From NCBI GenBank assembly GCA_001919865.1, contig MNIR01000051.1:11933-75932 (forward strand): 64,000 bases of DNA, read 5' to 3'. The stretch is from Gemmatimonadetes bacterium 13_1_20CM_4_69_16 (GTDB lineage: Bacteria > Gemmatimonadota > Gemmatimonadetes > Gemmatimonadales > GWC2-71-9). The position numbers were made by a program, and so were the translations under genes. The notes below the pieces were generated by a model that was given only the letters and a program-made list of their open reading frames with translations, ran no database searches and had not been told where the DNA came from. Shown here in pieces: positions 1 through 9,170 of this stretch (position 1 is the first letter of the stretch; every line of letters starts with the position of its first letter).

Positions 1-537
1 TCGATTCGCTATCGCGAAGGCGAACACGACCAGCCGGGTGACACACAGCGCGCATCCCACTACCTGGGAGCGCAGTCAATCGGACTGGGGTTCGCCGATC
101 AGCGCCTGGATCGGGGCAGCAACCTGGAGTTGATTCAAGCCCTCGAGAGACAGATTCAGGAGTTCCAACCGCACGTCATCTACACCCATTGGTGGGGAGA
201 CGTCAACGCGGACCATGCACGCGTTGCTGAGGCGGTCGACGTGGCGGCCCGCCCCTATTCTGCACCGGGCCTCAAATCGATCTACGCATTCGAGACCCCC
301 TCCAGCACTGAATGGACTGCAAGTGCCAGGGGGAGGGCGTTTGCCCCCAATGTTTTCGTGGACATCTCGGAGGAGCTGGATCGCAAGCTGGACGCGATGC
401 GATGCTACGAGAGCGAACTCCGCCCACCCCCGCACCCCCGGTCCCTTCGGTCTTTGCAGCAGCGCGCGGCTTACTGGGGTAGCGTCGCCAACATGCCGGC
501 GGCCGAGGCACTCGCGCTGCTTCGAACGCGCCAGTGA
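1..537 (+). CDS. PIG-L/LmbE-family deacetylase, 5' end cut by window edge
   Basis: The frame of ORF 130..537 stays open back to nt 1. The C-terminal part has an LmbE/PIG-L-like HxDH-type segment (VIYTHWWGDVNADHARV). Polysaccharide-locus context. Its stop overlaps the next start. Confidence 0.55.
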   Translation, partial: SIRYREGEHDQPGDTQRASHYLGAQSIGLGFADQRLDRGSNLELIQALERQIQEFQPHVIYTHWWGDVNADHARVAEAVDVAARPYSAPGLKSIYAFETPSSTEWTASARGRAFAPNVFVDISEELDRKLDAMRCYESELRPPPHPRSLRSLQQRAAYWGSVANMPAAEALALLRTRQ

Positions 538-1703
538 GCATGGTGAAGCTTTGGCTGGTCGGTTCGGACGACGTACGGTTCCGGCTCCCGTTGCTGAACG
601 CACTGCGGGAGCGCGGCTTCGACGCGGGCGCCGTCGGGTCGGAAAGCGAGACGGCGTTCGCGGAAGCCGGAATTCCGTACTGGCGATTTTCGCTGAACCG
701 GTGGGTCAGTCCCTGGAGCGACCTTCGGTCGCGGCGGCAACTGTATGATCTCTTCCGGGCGCACCGGCCCGACATTGTCCACGCGTTCGACACCAAGCCC
801 GCGATCCTGGCGCCTCTAGCCGCCCGGGACGCGGGGGTCCCCGGTACGGTCGCCACCATAACGGGCCTTGGGTACCTCTTCTCCTCGCGGTCGCCGCTGG
901 CGCTCTCACTGCGACCGGTCTTTCGGTTGCTGCAACGCCGCGCCGCCGCCGCGACAGGGGTCACGATCTTTCAGAACCCCGACGACCGCGCGTACTTCCG
1001 GCGTCACCGCTTGGTTCGCCCGGGTCGCGACACGCTGGTGCTGGGGTCGGGGATCGACTTCACGCCCTTGCAGGTGGACGGAGCGGCGGTGGGCAGGCTC
1101 AGGCGTGAGTTGGGTCTTGAAGGTCGGCTCGTGGTGACGATGATCGCCCGCCTCGTGGTGCAAAAGGGCGTGCGGGATTTCCTCCACGCGGCCGCCCTCG
1201 TGCGCCAGCAGCTACCAGACTCCGTCTTTCTCCTGATCGGCCCCGTCTCGTCCGAGGGCCGGGGGGCTGTGTCGTCGCGCGAGGTGGAGCGCAGCGCGCG
1301 CGACGTGCGCTATCTCGGTCCCCGCAGTGATGTTTCCATGCTGCTCGCGCTATCCGACCTGTTCGTGCTCCCGACCTACCTCCGCGAGGGAATACCGCGC
1401 GTGCTGCTGGAGGCGGCGGCTTTGGGGCTTCCGCTCATTACCACCGATACACCGGGCTGCAAGGAGATCGTCCGAGACGGCTGGAATGGGCTGCTCGTTC
1501 CTCCACGAGACCCACGCCGGCTGGCCGGGGCGGTGCTGCGATTGTTGGCCTCGCCGGACGAGCGCACGCTCATGGGGAGCCGCAGCCGAACGCACGTAAT
1601 GGGGAACTTCTCCCTCGATTACGTCGCCCGAGCCTACGCGGAGATCTACGAGCGCGTGCTGCGCGAGAGGTCGCCGAGTGTCGCGGCCCGCGCCGTGGGT
1701 TAA
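534..1703 (+). CDS. Glycosyltransferase, GT-B fold (family 4/1)
   Basis: 389-aa ORF. The C-terminal half carries a typical GT4 segment (FVLPTYLREGIPRVLLEAAALGLPLITTDTPGCKEIV). GTG/ATG start at 534/540. Confidence 0.8.
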   Translation: MSMVKLWLVGSDDVRFRLPLLNALRERGFDAGAVGSESETAFAEAGIPYWRFSLNRWVSPWSDLRSRRQLYDLFRAHRPDIVHAFDTKPAILAPLAARDAGVPGTVATITGLGYLFSSRSPLALSLRPVFRLLQRRAAAATGVTIFQNPDDRAYFRRHRLVRPGRDTLVLGSGIDFTPLQVDGAAVGRLRRELGLEGRLVVTMIARLVVQKGVRDFLHAAALVRQQLPDSVFLLIGPVSSEGRGAVSSREVERSARDVRYLGPRSDVSMLLALSDLFVLPTYLREGIPRVLLEAAALGLPLITTDTPGCKEIVRDGWNGLLVPPRDPRRLAGAVLRLLASPDERTLMGSRSRTHVMGNFSLDYVARAYAEIYERVLRERSPSVAARAVG

Positions 1704-1707
1704 GCCG

Positions 1708-3321
1708 ATGGCCGAGCTCAAGCGCCCACTCGCGGAAGAGTCGCCAGCCGGCAGCGACTCGAGCGTGGAGCCGCTGGCGACCGGTCCAGCGAGCGGAGGC
1801 AGCCGTGTCGGCCGGGCCCCTGGCATGGTGACCAGACTGCTCGACCGGCTAAACGAGCAGGAGATCGCCTATTGCCGGTGGCAAGGCGACGAGCACTTGC
1901 AGGCCGAAACGGCCGCGCCACAAGGGCTGGACATTCTGGTGGACCGGCAAGACGCGCTGCGAGTGGCCGTGATCCTGGCCGAAGCCGGCTTTAAGCGCGC
2001 GGTAGCGGCGGCCCTCCTCCCGGACCCCGGTGGCGAACACCACTACCTGGCCCTCGAGGAGGACTGCGGCAGCATCGTGCAATTGCATCTGCGCTACAAT
2101 CTGGCGATCGGCGACGAGCGCCTGAGCGAGTACCGCCTGCCGTGGGAACCGTTGGTCCTCTCCACCCGGCGCCTCGATCAACAAGCAGGGATGTACGTAG
2201 CTGATCCGTCGGTCGAGTTCCTGTTCCTTCTCGTTCAGGTCGCATTCGACCTCCGACTCGGCTCCTTGGTTCGGCATCGGCTGGGTGCCCCATGGTGCTG
2301 CCCCAGGCGGCTCCGCGAGGTGCATTGGCGGCTGCGGGGAGATGCCGGGCCGGTGGCCGACCTGTCTCGCCGCTTGTTGGGCGCCGCTGCCGCGGACTTG
2401 GTTTCCGAGATGGTCGCTGGTGAGCCGTCGTTTACCAAAGTCAGGGAGTTTCGACGTTGTGCCGTCCCAGTGGTCCACAACTATCGACTGTACCGGCGGG
2501 GGGGGGCCAGGTGGCGCAGATCGTGGCGGGCACTGTGCGTGGTGGCGAGGAACCTCTCCCGGGGCCTCGCCCGCTCGCGTCGCCCTGAAGGCCGGATGGT
2601 GCCGAGCGGCGGGGTGGCGATCGCATTCCTGGGAAGTGACGGATCCGGGAAATCAACACTCCTTGTGGAGACCATGGCATGGCTGTCGGGGTCGCTCCGC
2701 ACGGTGCCCATTTACTTCGGGAGCGGCGTTGGGCCGAGCTCGGTGCTTCGATGGCCGCTGCTGCAGGCCGAACGCCTCCTGCGGAAGCGCATGCCGTCCG
2801 TACGAGACCGGCCCTGGCGGCGGTCCACTGGGCCGACCTCATCGCTCCGTGCTCGTCTGTCGCGGTCGTTATGGGCGGCAGCGAGGCTCGTCTGGGCAGT
2901 GGCTCTGGCGTACGAGAAGCGCGGCAAGCTCCACGCCCTGACGCGCGCTCGCAACCGTGGTCTCGTGGTGGTCTGCGACCGCTACCCACAGAACCAGTTC
3001 CAGGACTTCAACGACGGGCCGATGCTGGGGAGGTGGCGGGACCATCCGTGGCGGCTGCTCCGCGCCGTGGCGGAGTGGGAGGGCACGCCGTATCGCTGGG
3101 CCGAGCACGTAGTGCCGGATCTGGTCCTCAAGCTCCACGTCCGGCCGGACGTGGCGCAGCGGCGGAAGCCGGACATGCAGCTGCAGGAGCTCGAGAAACG
3201 GGCGGAAGCCATCCGCGGCCTCCGGTTTCCCGACGTAACAGAAACGGTCGACATCGACGCGGAGGAGCCGTTGGAGCAGGTCGTGCGCCGGATCAGACGG
3301 TGCGTCTGGCGGAAGATATGA
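1708..3321 (+). CDS. Two-domain protein: nucleotidyltransferase-like N-terminal domain plus thymidylate-kinase-like P-loop NTPase
   Basis: P-loop GSDGSGKST followed by a DRYPQ motif in the C-terminal half. The N-terminal half (EIAYCRWQGDEHL...DILVDRQD) resembles the uncharacterised nucleotidyltransferase domains found in polysaccharide loci. The start is ambiguous (1678 GTG, 1708 ATG or 1825 ATG). Confidence 0.55.
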   Translation: MAELKRPLAEESPAGSDSSVEPLATGPASGGSRVGRAPGMVTRLLDRLNEQEIAYCRWQGDEHLQAETAAPQGLDILVDRQDALRVAVILAEAGFKRAVAAALLPDPGGEHHYLALEEDCGSIVQLHLRYNLAIGDERLSEYRLPWEPLVLSTRRLDQQAGMYVADPSVEFLFLLVQVAFDLRLGSLVRHRLGAPWCCPRRLREVHWRLRGDAGPVADLSRRLLGAAAADLVSEMVAGEPSFTKVREFRRCAVPVVHNYRLYRRGGARWRRSWRALCVVARNLSRGLARSRRPEGRMVPSGGVAIAFLGSDGSGKSTLLVETMAWLSGSLRTVPIYFGSGVGPSSVLRWPLLQAERLLRKRMPSVRDRPWRRSTGPTSSLRARLSRSLWAAARLVWAVALAYEKRGKLHALTRARNRGLVVVCDRYPQNQFQDFNDGPMLGRWRDHPWRLLRAVAEWEGTPYRWAEHVVPDLVLKLHVRPDVAQRRKPDMQLQELEKRAEAIRGLRFPDVTETVDIDAEEPLEQVVRRIRRCVWRKI

Positions 3322-4097
3322 ATACCAAACGCCGATCGGCCGTCATAGAGTTCATCGGGCTGCCCGGTGTGGGGAAGTCGACACTCTCCCACCGGGTCGC
3401 CGAGATGCTGCAGCAGCGGGGATGGCGAGTCGAGCAGCCCACCTATTCGGTGGATCACGAGATGCACACCTGGGAGCGGCTGCTGCTCAAACTCCGGCTG
3501 GTGTCCGCGGAGGCGATCTTCCACCCCGCGAGCGCCGTCCGCTCCGTAAGAGCGATCCTGGCAACACGCCAAGCCTCGGCCGCAGGTTTCATCGGCGTCA
3601 CGGTGAACTGGCTGTTTATGTCCTCCTTGCTACGGAAGGCCGACCGCCGGACAGGAGTACACATCTTCGATGAAGGCCCGCTCAACGCGCTTTGGTCGAT
3701 CGCATTCAGTGCGAGTTCCGCCGGCACCGCCGGGATCCTCGGGAAGCTCGCGAGGCAGCGGTCCACGCCTGTGCTCGTCGCCCTGATCGAGGCCGAGATT
3801 GCGGCGGTCAGGGAACGGCTCGATCTCCGCACGAATGGCCAGAGCCGTCTTGAGCGGGCCGGGCCGGCGGACGATGCGTGGGAGCGGGCTCGGCGGGCGC
3901 TGCAGCAGGTCAAGGCGACGCTGCAGATGCTGACCGAGGAAGGGGCGGATATTCAAGTGGTTGCCGTGCGAAACCGGGGAAGCGAGGGCCTGGACGCCCT
4001 CGCCAATCGGCTCGCTGCTGCGTTCGAGGAGTTCTTGGCGCCTCCCGCTGGCGCACGGGTCGAGCGCGCGGGCAAGACTGGGAGGCCTACGAGCTAA
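3318..4097 (+). CDS. P-loop NTPase/kinase-like protein
   Basis: Start MNTKRRSAVIEFIGLPGVGKSTLSHRV with a Walker A motif. The ATG overlaps the upstream stop (ATGA). It lies in frame with the long ORF 2679..4097, whose upstream part overlaps the previous gene. Confidence 0.6.
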   Translation: MNTKRRSAVIEFIGLPGVGKSTLSHRVAEMLQQRGWRVEQPTYSVDHEMHTWERLLLKLRLVSAEAIFHPASAVRSVRAILATRQASAAGFIGVTVNWLFMSSLLRKADRRTGVHIFDEGPLNALWSIAFSASSAGTAGILGKLARQRSTPVLVALIEAEIAAVRERLDLRTNGQSRLERAGPADDAWERARRALQQVKATLQMLTEEGADIQVVAVRNRGSEGLDALANRLAAAFEEFLAPPAGARVERAGKTGRPTS

Positions 4098-4133
4098 TGT
4101 GACTTCCCGTCTCGTTCGCGGTTGTGATCTGGC

Positions 4134-4781
4134 TTACTTGTACTGGTGGATGAAGATCCCGACGGAGGCCAACGCCCCGACCACGGTCAGCGTGGGAAGA
4201 ATCACCTGGGAGAAGATGGACCGCCCGCGCTCCACCAGGATCTGATCGCCGGACCGGATCGGCCACTGCGCGGCCCCGGTCTCTGGATGGTTCAGGTCTA
4301 ATCGCACCTGGGTGTGTCCGCCGTTAGCGCTGCCGCGCAGGAGCCGGACTCGGTCCAGGCGCCCGAATTGGGTGGGACCGCCGGCGTGCGCGACCGCCTC
4401 GGCGATGGTCGTCTCCGGACTCAACGCGTACACGCTCGGCCGGTTCACTTCACCCTCGATCGCCACCCGGAACAGGGGCTCAATCACGAATTGAGGCTCC
4501 TGATCGAACTTCGCCAGGAAGGAGCGCAGCGCGGCCCGCGCCGTGGCCAAGGGAACGCCACCCACCCTGACGGCTTGGTAGAGCGGGTGCGAAATGGAGC
4601 CGTCCGCGGCGACCGCGAACTCCCCGCTGAACTCGGGTTTGCGCCAGACCACGATCCGCACCGAGTCGCCTGGAGTGAGTACGCTTCCGTCTCTCGATGA
4701 ATCGGGCGCCTGGCCGTGGAGTAGGCCCGGAACGCTTCCGCCGATGAGTAGAGAGGCCAACACCAGGGCCGGGGTTCTCAT
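4134..4781 (-). CDS. Polysaccharide export protein (Wza/SLBB-type), secreted
   Basis: 215-aa product starting MRTPALVLASLLIGGSVPGLLHG (signal peptide). Polysaccharide-export-like core (GDSVRIVVWRKPEFSGEFAVAADGSISHPLY...). The ATG is confirmed as 'cat' at 4779-4781. Confidence 0.7.
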   Translation of the reverse strand: MRTPALVLASLLIGGSVPGLLHGQAPDSSRDGSVLTPGDSVRIVVWRKPEFSGEFAVAADGSISHPLYQAVRVGGVPLATARAALRSFLAKFDQEPQFVIEPLFRVAIEGEVNRPSVYALSPETTIAEAVAHAGGPTQFGRLDRVRLLRGSANGGHTQVRLDLNHPETGAAQWPIRSGDQILVERGRSIFSQVILPTLTVVGALASVGIFIHQYK

Positions 4782-5277
4782 GGATCGCCTACGGGTGATC
4801 GTGGGTGTGTGGGCTCGGTGCTCTGGGGTTAGGGGTCGGCAGGGCGACTGAGCGCGGTAATCTTCTTCATCGAACAGGCCGGCACAAGTGGCGCAGCGGC
4901 GGTGTATGAGCGTCGGCCCCGCGGCCTCGCCGATTGATGTTGCATCAGCCCAGCACCAGCTAGGGCGGCTCCACTCAAACTTTCCTGATGTTGCAGGGAC
5001 GCCTCCCTCGTTGGCGAACTTTCCCGTCACGCCGCGGGCGGCACCATCGTCGCATTCGCGCGCGCACGAGCACGAACCCCGGCTCGCGGCGCCGCCGGTC
5101 GCGACGCGAGTGACCCGCGTTCCGCGTGGGATTGACACAGTTCCTGGCACAGCCACGGCCCGCCTCGCGGGGCGTTCCGGATAGGAGGCCCCCGCAGAGC
5201 AAACTGGGAAGAGATTATGGCCGACGTGCTGCTGCGAAGCGCGTAGCTCCACAGTCCGTCCCACAGTGGGCCGCACA

Positions 5278-5304
5278 AACGCCCCAGCGAGCCGCTGGGG
5301 CGTT
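5278..5304 (-). terminator. Hairpin downstream of tRNA-Phe (candidate intrinsic terminator)
   Basis: Perfect 12-bp inverted repeat AACGCCCCAGCG / CGCTGGGGCGTT with a 3-nt loop. On the minus strand it is followed by TTGTG, a weak U-tract. Confidence 0.35.
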
Positions 5305-5340
5305 CGCGCACCTGGCGCTATCTCAGGCTGATAGATCAAG

Positions 5341-5413
<73 letters not shown>

Positions 5414-5527
5414 GGAACTATGCAGCAGAACAACTTAGCGGGCTGGGTGGTGGGGTGGGAGTGCCAAAGCTTGCCCTTGTCTGCCTTTTGTTTGCCATTG
5501 TTTGGTCCCGGAACCCCGCGGTCGTCG

Positions 5528-6004
5528 TCAGGGGCTTGAGAGATTGAGTTGGTGCATCAATGCGTCCGTGTCTGCTCGAACTTCCTTTGTCGTTCCGATT
5601 TCGCGGTACTCCTGCACGATATTGTGCTTCTCGAACGTCCAGGCCGACACGCTGACGGGCCATCCCGTCGAGGGACTCTCGGGGCTGACGGCCACGATTA
5701 ACACGTCGATCCTCTTGCACCCCACGATCCCGAGCAGTCCGCAACCACGATGTTTCTCAGCGTACACCAGTACTTCTCCTGCGCCCAGACTCGTTTCCAG
5801 ACCCACCTCGTGCATTCGCTGCACAGCGCCCTCCGCAGGGTAGGGGACATATCCCAGCGCCTGCAACCGGCGAATGATCTCGGGGTGCACCGTCCAGGAC
5901 GTATCGGAGCGGACCGGAACGATTTCGTTGGCGACATATGGCGTAGGGCGGGCGCACCCGACCAGGAGGACTCCCGCGGCGATCAGTGAGAACGGGCGGA
6001 ACAT
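5528..6004 (-). CDS. Orphan lipoprotein of unknown function
   Basis: Signal peptide with lipobox (MFRPFSLIAAGVLLVGC). I recognise no family. GC is visibly lower than the surroundings. Confidence 0.55.
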   Translation of the reverse strand: MFRPFSLIAAGVLLVGCARPTPYVANEIVPVRSDTSWTVHPEIIRRLQALGYVPYPAEGAVQRMHEVGLETSLGAGEVLVYAEKHRGCGLLGIVGCKRIDVLIVAVSPESPSTGWPVSVSAWTFEKHNIVQEYREIGTTKEVRADTDALMHQLNLSSP

Positions 6005-6135
6005 CTCGCGACTCCTGAGGCGACGGGGAACGATGGCTTGCCAGGGTCAAGGCGTGATCAAGGAACCTGAATGCTTTTCCATACCCACCGAGGCAACCGT
6101 GGCGCCGTGGGATTGCGAGCCGTACTTTCCGGCCC

Positions 6136-6780
6136 ATGCCGCACCCGCGATTCCCCAACCTCACCGTGCTGGACCATCCCCTGATCCAGCACAAGCTCAC
6201 GATCCTGCGCGACAAAGACACAACGACCCGCGACTTCAAGCAGCTGGTGAACGAGATCGCGATGCTGATGGCGTACGAGGTGACGAAGGACCTGCCGCTC
6301 GAGCGGATCGACGTGGCCACGCCGCTCGAGTCGATGCAGGGCGCGCGGGTGGCGGGGAAGAAGCTCGCGCTGGTGCCGATCCTGCGGGCCGGCCTCGGCA
6401 TGGTCGAAGGTATCGCCCAGCTCATCCCCTCAGCGCGGGTGGGGCACATCGGCATCTACCGCGAGCACGACACCCTCCAGCCGGTGGACTACTACTTCAA
6501 GATCCCCGAGGGCCGCGACGCCCGCGACTTCTTCGTGCTCGACCCGATGCTCGCGACCGGGGGGTCCGCGGTGGACGCCGTGAGCGCGCTCAAGCACGCC
6601 GGCGCGCAACGCATCCGCTTCCTCTGCCTCGTGGCGGCTCCGGAGGGCGTGGGCCGCATGCTCCAGGCCCACCCCGATGTCCCCATCTTCGCCGCCGCGC
6701 TCGACCGGGAGCTGAACGCCAACGGCTACATTCTGCCGGGCTTAGGAGACGCCGGCGACCGGCTGTTCGGCACGCGCTGA
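6136..6780 (+). CDS. upp: Uracil phosphoribosyltransferase
   Basis: 214 aa with near-textbook Upp sequence ([16 protein letters not shown]..., [35 protein letters not shown]). Confidence 0.93.
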   Translation: MPHPRFPNLTVLDHPLIQHKLTILRDKDTTTRDFKQLVNEIAMLMAYEVTKDLPLERIDVATPLESMQGARVAGKKLALVPILRAGLGMVEGIAQLIPSARVGHIGIYREHDTLQPVDYYFKIPEGRDARDFFVLDPMLATGGSAVDAVSALKHAGAQRIRFLCLVAAPEGVGRMLQAHPDVPIFAAALDRELNANGYILPGLGDAGDRLFGTR

Positions 6781-6787
6781 CCACCGG

Positions 6788-6862
6788 TTGACAGTTTGCG
6801 TCATAACGGTAGATTGTGACGTAATTCGTCATAAAAGACCAATGTGACGTAAAATGTCATCC
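6788..6862 (+). promoter_or_regulatory. AT-rich promoter/operator region of the satD-like gene
   Basis: TTGACA (6788-6793), 16 nt, TAGATT (6810-6815). Two 20-bp direct repeats follow: TGTGACGTAAttcGTCATaa (6815-6834) and TGTGACGTAAaatGTCATcc (6843-6862). Each contains a TGAC(G)...(C)GTCA inverted repeat, and the second covers the ATG at 6854. Confidence 0.5.
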
Positions 6863-7325
6863 ATCTATATCGCCCTCATCGCCGACGCGACGGCGTCCCG
6901 CGCGCTGCCACCGCCGCGCCGCGCCCGCCTGCAGCACGCGCTCCGCCGCGCCCTCCCGGAGTTCAACCGCCGCTGGCGCACGGCGCTCGCCGCGCGCTTC
7001 GCCCTCACGCTGGGCGACGAGGTGCAGGCGCTCCTCACCACGGCCGATCCGGTGTGGGCGATCACGACGGCGCCTGCTGCTCGCGTTCGGCGGCTTCGGG
7101 CCCGCCGTCGAACCACTCGCAAGCTACTACTCCGCGCTCTACTGGAGCTGGACGCCACGGCAGCGCCGCACCGCCACCCTGCTCCGGCTCGGTCCCCCCG
7201 CCTTCGCCGCCGCTCAGCTCAAGGTCGACCGCAGCGCCGTCTCGCACCTCTCCCGCCGCATGGCCTGGCCCCTCGTCGCGGCCGGCGATAAGATGTTCCG
7301 GGCAACCCTGTCGGAGGCCCTGTGA
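6854..7325 (+). pseudogene. SatD-family-like protein with an apparent frameshift
   Basis: The N-terminus MSSIYIALIADATASRAL...FALTLGDEVQALL is SatD-like and then degenerates into Arg-rich text after about nt 7065. Another frame reads ...LLLAFGGFGPAVEP...AAAQLKVDRSAVSHLSRRMAWPLVAAGDKMFRATLSEAL (HTH-like). That frame ends at TGA 7323-7325, overlapping the next GTG by 4 nt. Confidence 0.45.
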
Positions 7326-7867
7326 ACCCGCTGTTCGTGGTCCCGCTGCTGGTGTACACGCTCGCGGCGGCTTTGTGGCCGGGCCAGGTGGACGGCCGGC
7401 GCCGCGGCGCGACCGTGCTGATCGTCGAGGCGATCTTGGTGGTCGTTGCCCTCGCCGTCGGCACCTTCCTCGCGCCGCTCGTCGTGCCGCGGGCGCAGGG
7501 GCTGTTCTGGGGTCGCGTGGGCCTGCTCGCGACCGGCTACCTGTACGTCTGCGGCCGGGGCATGGTGCTCGTCCGCGCCGTGCTCGATCTGCCCACCCTC
7601 CAGATGCGCCGGGACGAGGATCGCACGGCGAGCGCGATCGACGTCGCCCGCGGCCGCACCATCGGCGCCTTGGAGCGGGCCCTCGCGCTCACTCTCGTGC
7701 TGCTGGGCGAATACGCCGCGGTCGGCTGGATCATCGCCGCGAAGTCGCTCGCCCGCTTCAAAGCGTTGGAAGACCGAGAGTTCGCCGAATACTTCCTGAT
7801 CGGCACGCTCGCTTCCTTCCTCTTGGCGCTGTTGGCGGGCCTCGGGATGCGACTCCTCCTTAAATAG
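7322..7867 (+). CDS. Integral membrane protein, DUF3307-like (SatD partner)
   Basis: Four to five predicted TM helices. The C-terminal segment (GALERALALTLVLLG...AAKSLARFKAL...EYFLIGTLASF) resembles DUF3307 proteins, which commonly sit next to satD. Confidence 0.5.
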   Translation: MNPLFVVPLLVYTLAAALWPGQVDGRRRGATVLIVEAILVVVALAVGTFLAPLVVPRAQGLFWGRVGLLATGYLYVCGRGMVLVRAVLDLPTLQMRRDEDRTASAIDVARGRTIGALERALALTLVLLGEYAAVGWIIAAKSLARFKALEDREFAEYFLIGTLASFLLALLAGLGMRLLLK

Positions 7868-7962
7868 GCTCCCCCCCCCCAACCCGACCGCAGCCGTCCA
7901 ACGCAACCCTTCCATCACGCGCCGTGTCAGAGGGTTGACCGTCACCGCCGCTCCGGAGCCCG

Positions 7963-8505
7963 GTGGACGAACGCGAACTGATTGCCAGAGTCCGCGCCGG
8001 GGACGGCGCCGCCGAGCGTGCGTTGTACGATGCGCACGTCGACCGGGTGTACCGGTTGGCGTATCGTCTCGCCGGTGACGACGAGCTGGCCCGGGAATTC
8101 ACGCAGGACACGTTCGTCCGCGCGTTCGAGCGGCTCGACTCCTTTCGGGGTGAAGCGCGGCTCTCGACCTGGCTCCACGCGATCACCACGTCGGTGGTGC
8201 TGAACGGGCTCCGGAAGGTGAAGCGGTTCCGCCACCGCGAGACGGACCTCGCGGAGGCAACCGAGGTCTCGCGGGGCAGACGACAGGCCGAGCCGGACTT
8301 GAAGCGGCGGCTCGCGGGGGCGATCGATGCGCTGCCCCACGGGTATCGCACGGTGTTCGTGATGCACGACGTCGAGGGCTACACGCACGAGGAGATCGGC
8401 GCGGCCCTCGGCATCGAGACTGGCACCTCGAAGGCACAGCTATCGCGCGCCCGCGCCAAGCTGCGCGAGGCGCTGGCGGACTTCGCAGGAGAGTGGGTGT
8501 CATGA
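7963..8505 (+). CDS. ECF-type RNA polymerase sigma factor
   Basis: Sigma-70 region 2 (VYRLAYRLAGDDELAREFTQDTFVRAF) and region 4 (LPHGYRTVFVMHDVEGYTHEEIGAALGIETGTSKAQLSRARAKLR). Confidence 0.88.
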   Translation: MDERELIARVRAGDGAAERALYDAHVDRVYRLAYRLAGDDELAREFTQDTFVRAFERLDSFRGEARLSTWLHAITTSVVLNGLRKVKRFRHRETDLAEATEVSRGRRQAEPDLKRRLAGAIDALPHGYRTVFVMHDVEGYTHEEIGAALGIETGTSKAQLSRARAKLREALADFAGEWVS

Positions 8506-9170
8506 GCCTAGATCAGAGCGATCAGAACGACCAGGGCGATCGGGAAGATCGGTTCGAACAACGCCTGCGCGACATGGCGCAGGAGTATCACCGTCCCCCG
8601 GAGACGCCGCGGGAGGAGTTGTGGCAGCGGATCGCCGCGGCCCGGGCGGCACGGCGGCGGCGGCGCGCGGTCAGCGCAAGCCCCTGGCTCCGCTGGGGCG
8701 TCGGCATCGCCGCCGTGCTGGTGCTGGGCATCGGGATCGGTCGGTGGACGGCGCGCCAGCCGGGCGGAAACGCGATCCCGCTGGCGACCGCCGGCGGCAA
8801 TGACCAGGGGATGCTCGCGTACCGGGTCGCGGCGGCGCAGTACCTGACGCGCACCGAGGCCCTCCTCACCGGGTTCCGCTCGGAGGCGCGCTCCGGCCAG
8901 CCCGACGCGCAGTTTGCGCGGCAGGCGCGCGACCTCCTGGGCACGACGCGATTGATGCTCGACTCACCGGCAGCACAGGATGCCAGACTGAAGGGCCTGC
9001 TGGAGGACCTGGAGCTGGTGCTGGCGCAAATCGCTCAGCTCCCGGCGAACGGGAATCAGGAAGACTTACAGCTGATCAACCAGGGATTGGAACAACGTGG
9101 CGTGCTGCTTCGGCTCCGGACGGCGAACCCCGCCGGCCCCGGGCCGGTGCGCATGCAAGGAGCACTGTGA
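8502..9170 (+). CDS. Putative anti-sigma factor (single-pass membrane protein)
   Basis: ATGA overlap with the sigma gene. Cytoplasmic N-terminus, one TM helix (WLRWGVGIAAVLVLGIGIG) and an extracytoplasmic domain. Classic sigma/anti-sigma arrangement. Confidence 0.6.
   Translation: MSLDQSDQNDQGDREDRFEQRLRDMAQEYHRPPETPREELWQRIAAARAARRRRRAVSASPWLRWGVGIAAVLVLGIGIGRWTARQPGGNAIPLATAGGNDQGMLAYRVAAAQYLTRTEALLTGFRSEARSGQPDAQFARQARDLLGTTRLMLDSPAAQDARLKGLLEDLELVLAQIAQLPANGNQEDLQLINQGLEQRGVLLRLRTANPAGPGPVRMQGAL

Noticed and set aside
4950-5030. GGAAAGT motifs on the minus strand, reminiscent of the RNase P RNA P4 region
   Set aside because: The flanking sequence does not match the conserved GAGGAAAGTCCGGGC core or any other RNase P, SRP or tmRNA landmark I can recognise.
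5130-5160. Sigma-54-like TGGCAC element (ttcctggcacagccacgg)
   Set aside because: The -12 TTGC element is missing at the correct spacing, and no downstream plus-strand gene could use it.
7868-7962. Possible ECF autoregulatory promoter upstream of the first sigma gene (GCAAC...16 nt...CGTGTC), plus a C10 tract at 7871-7880
   Set aside because: The match to ECF -35/-10 consensus is weak and was made only by eye. I cannot support it without comparative data.
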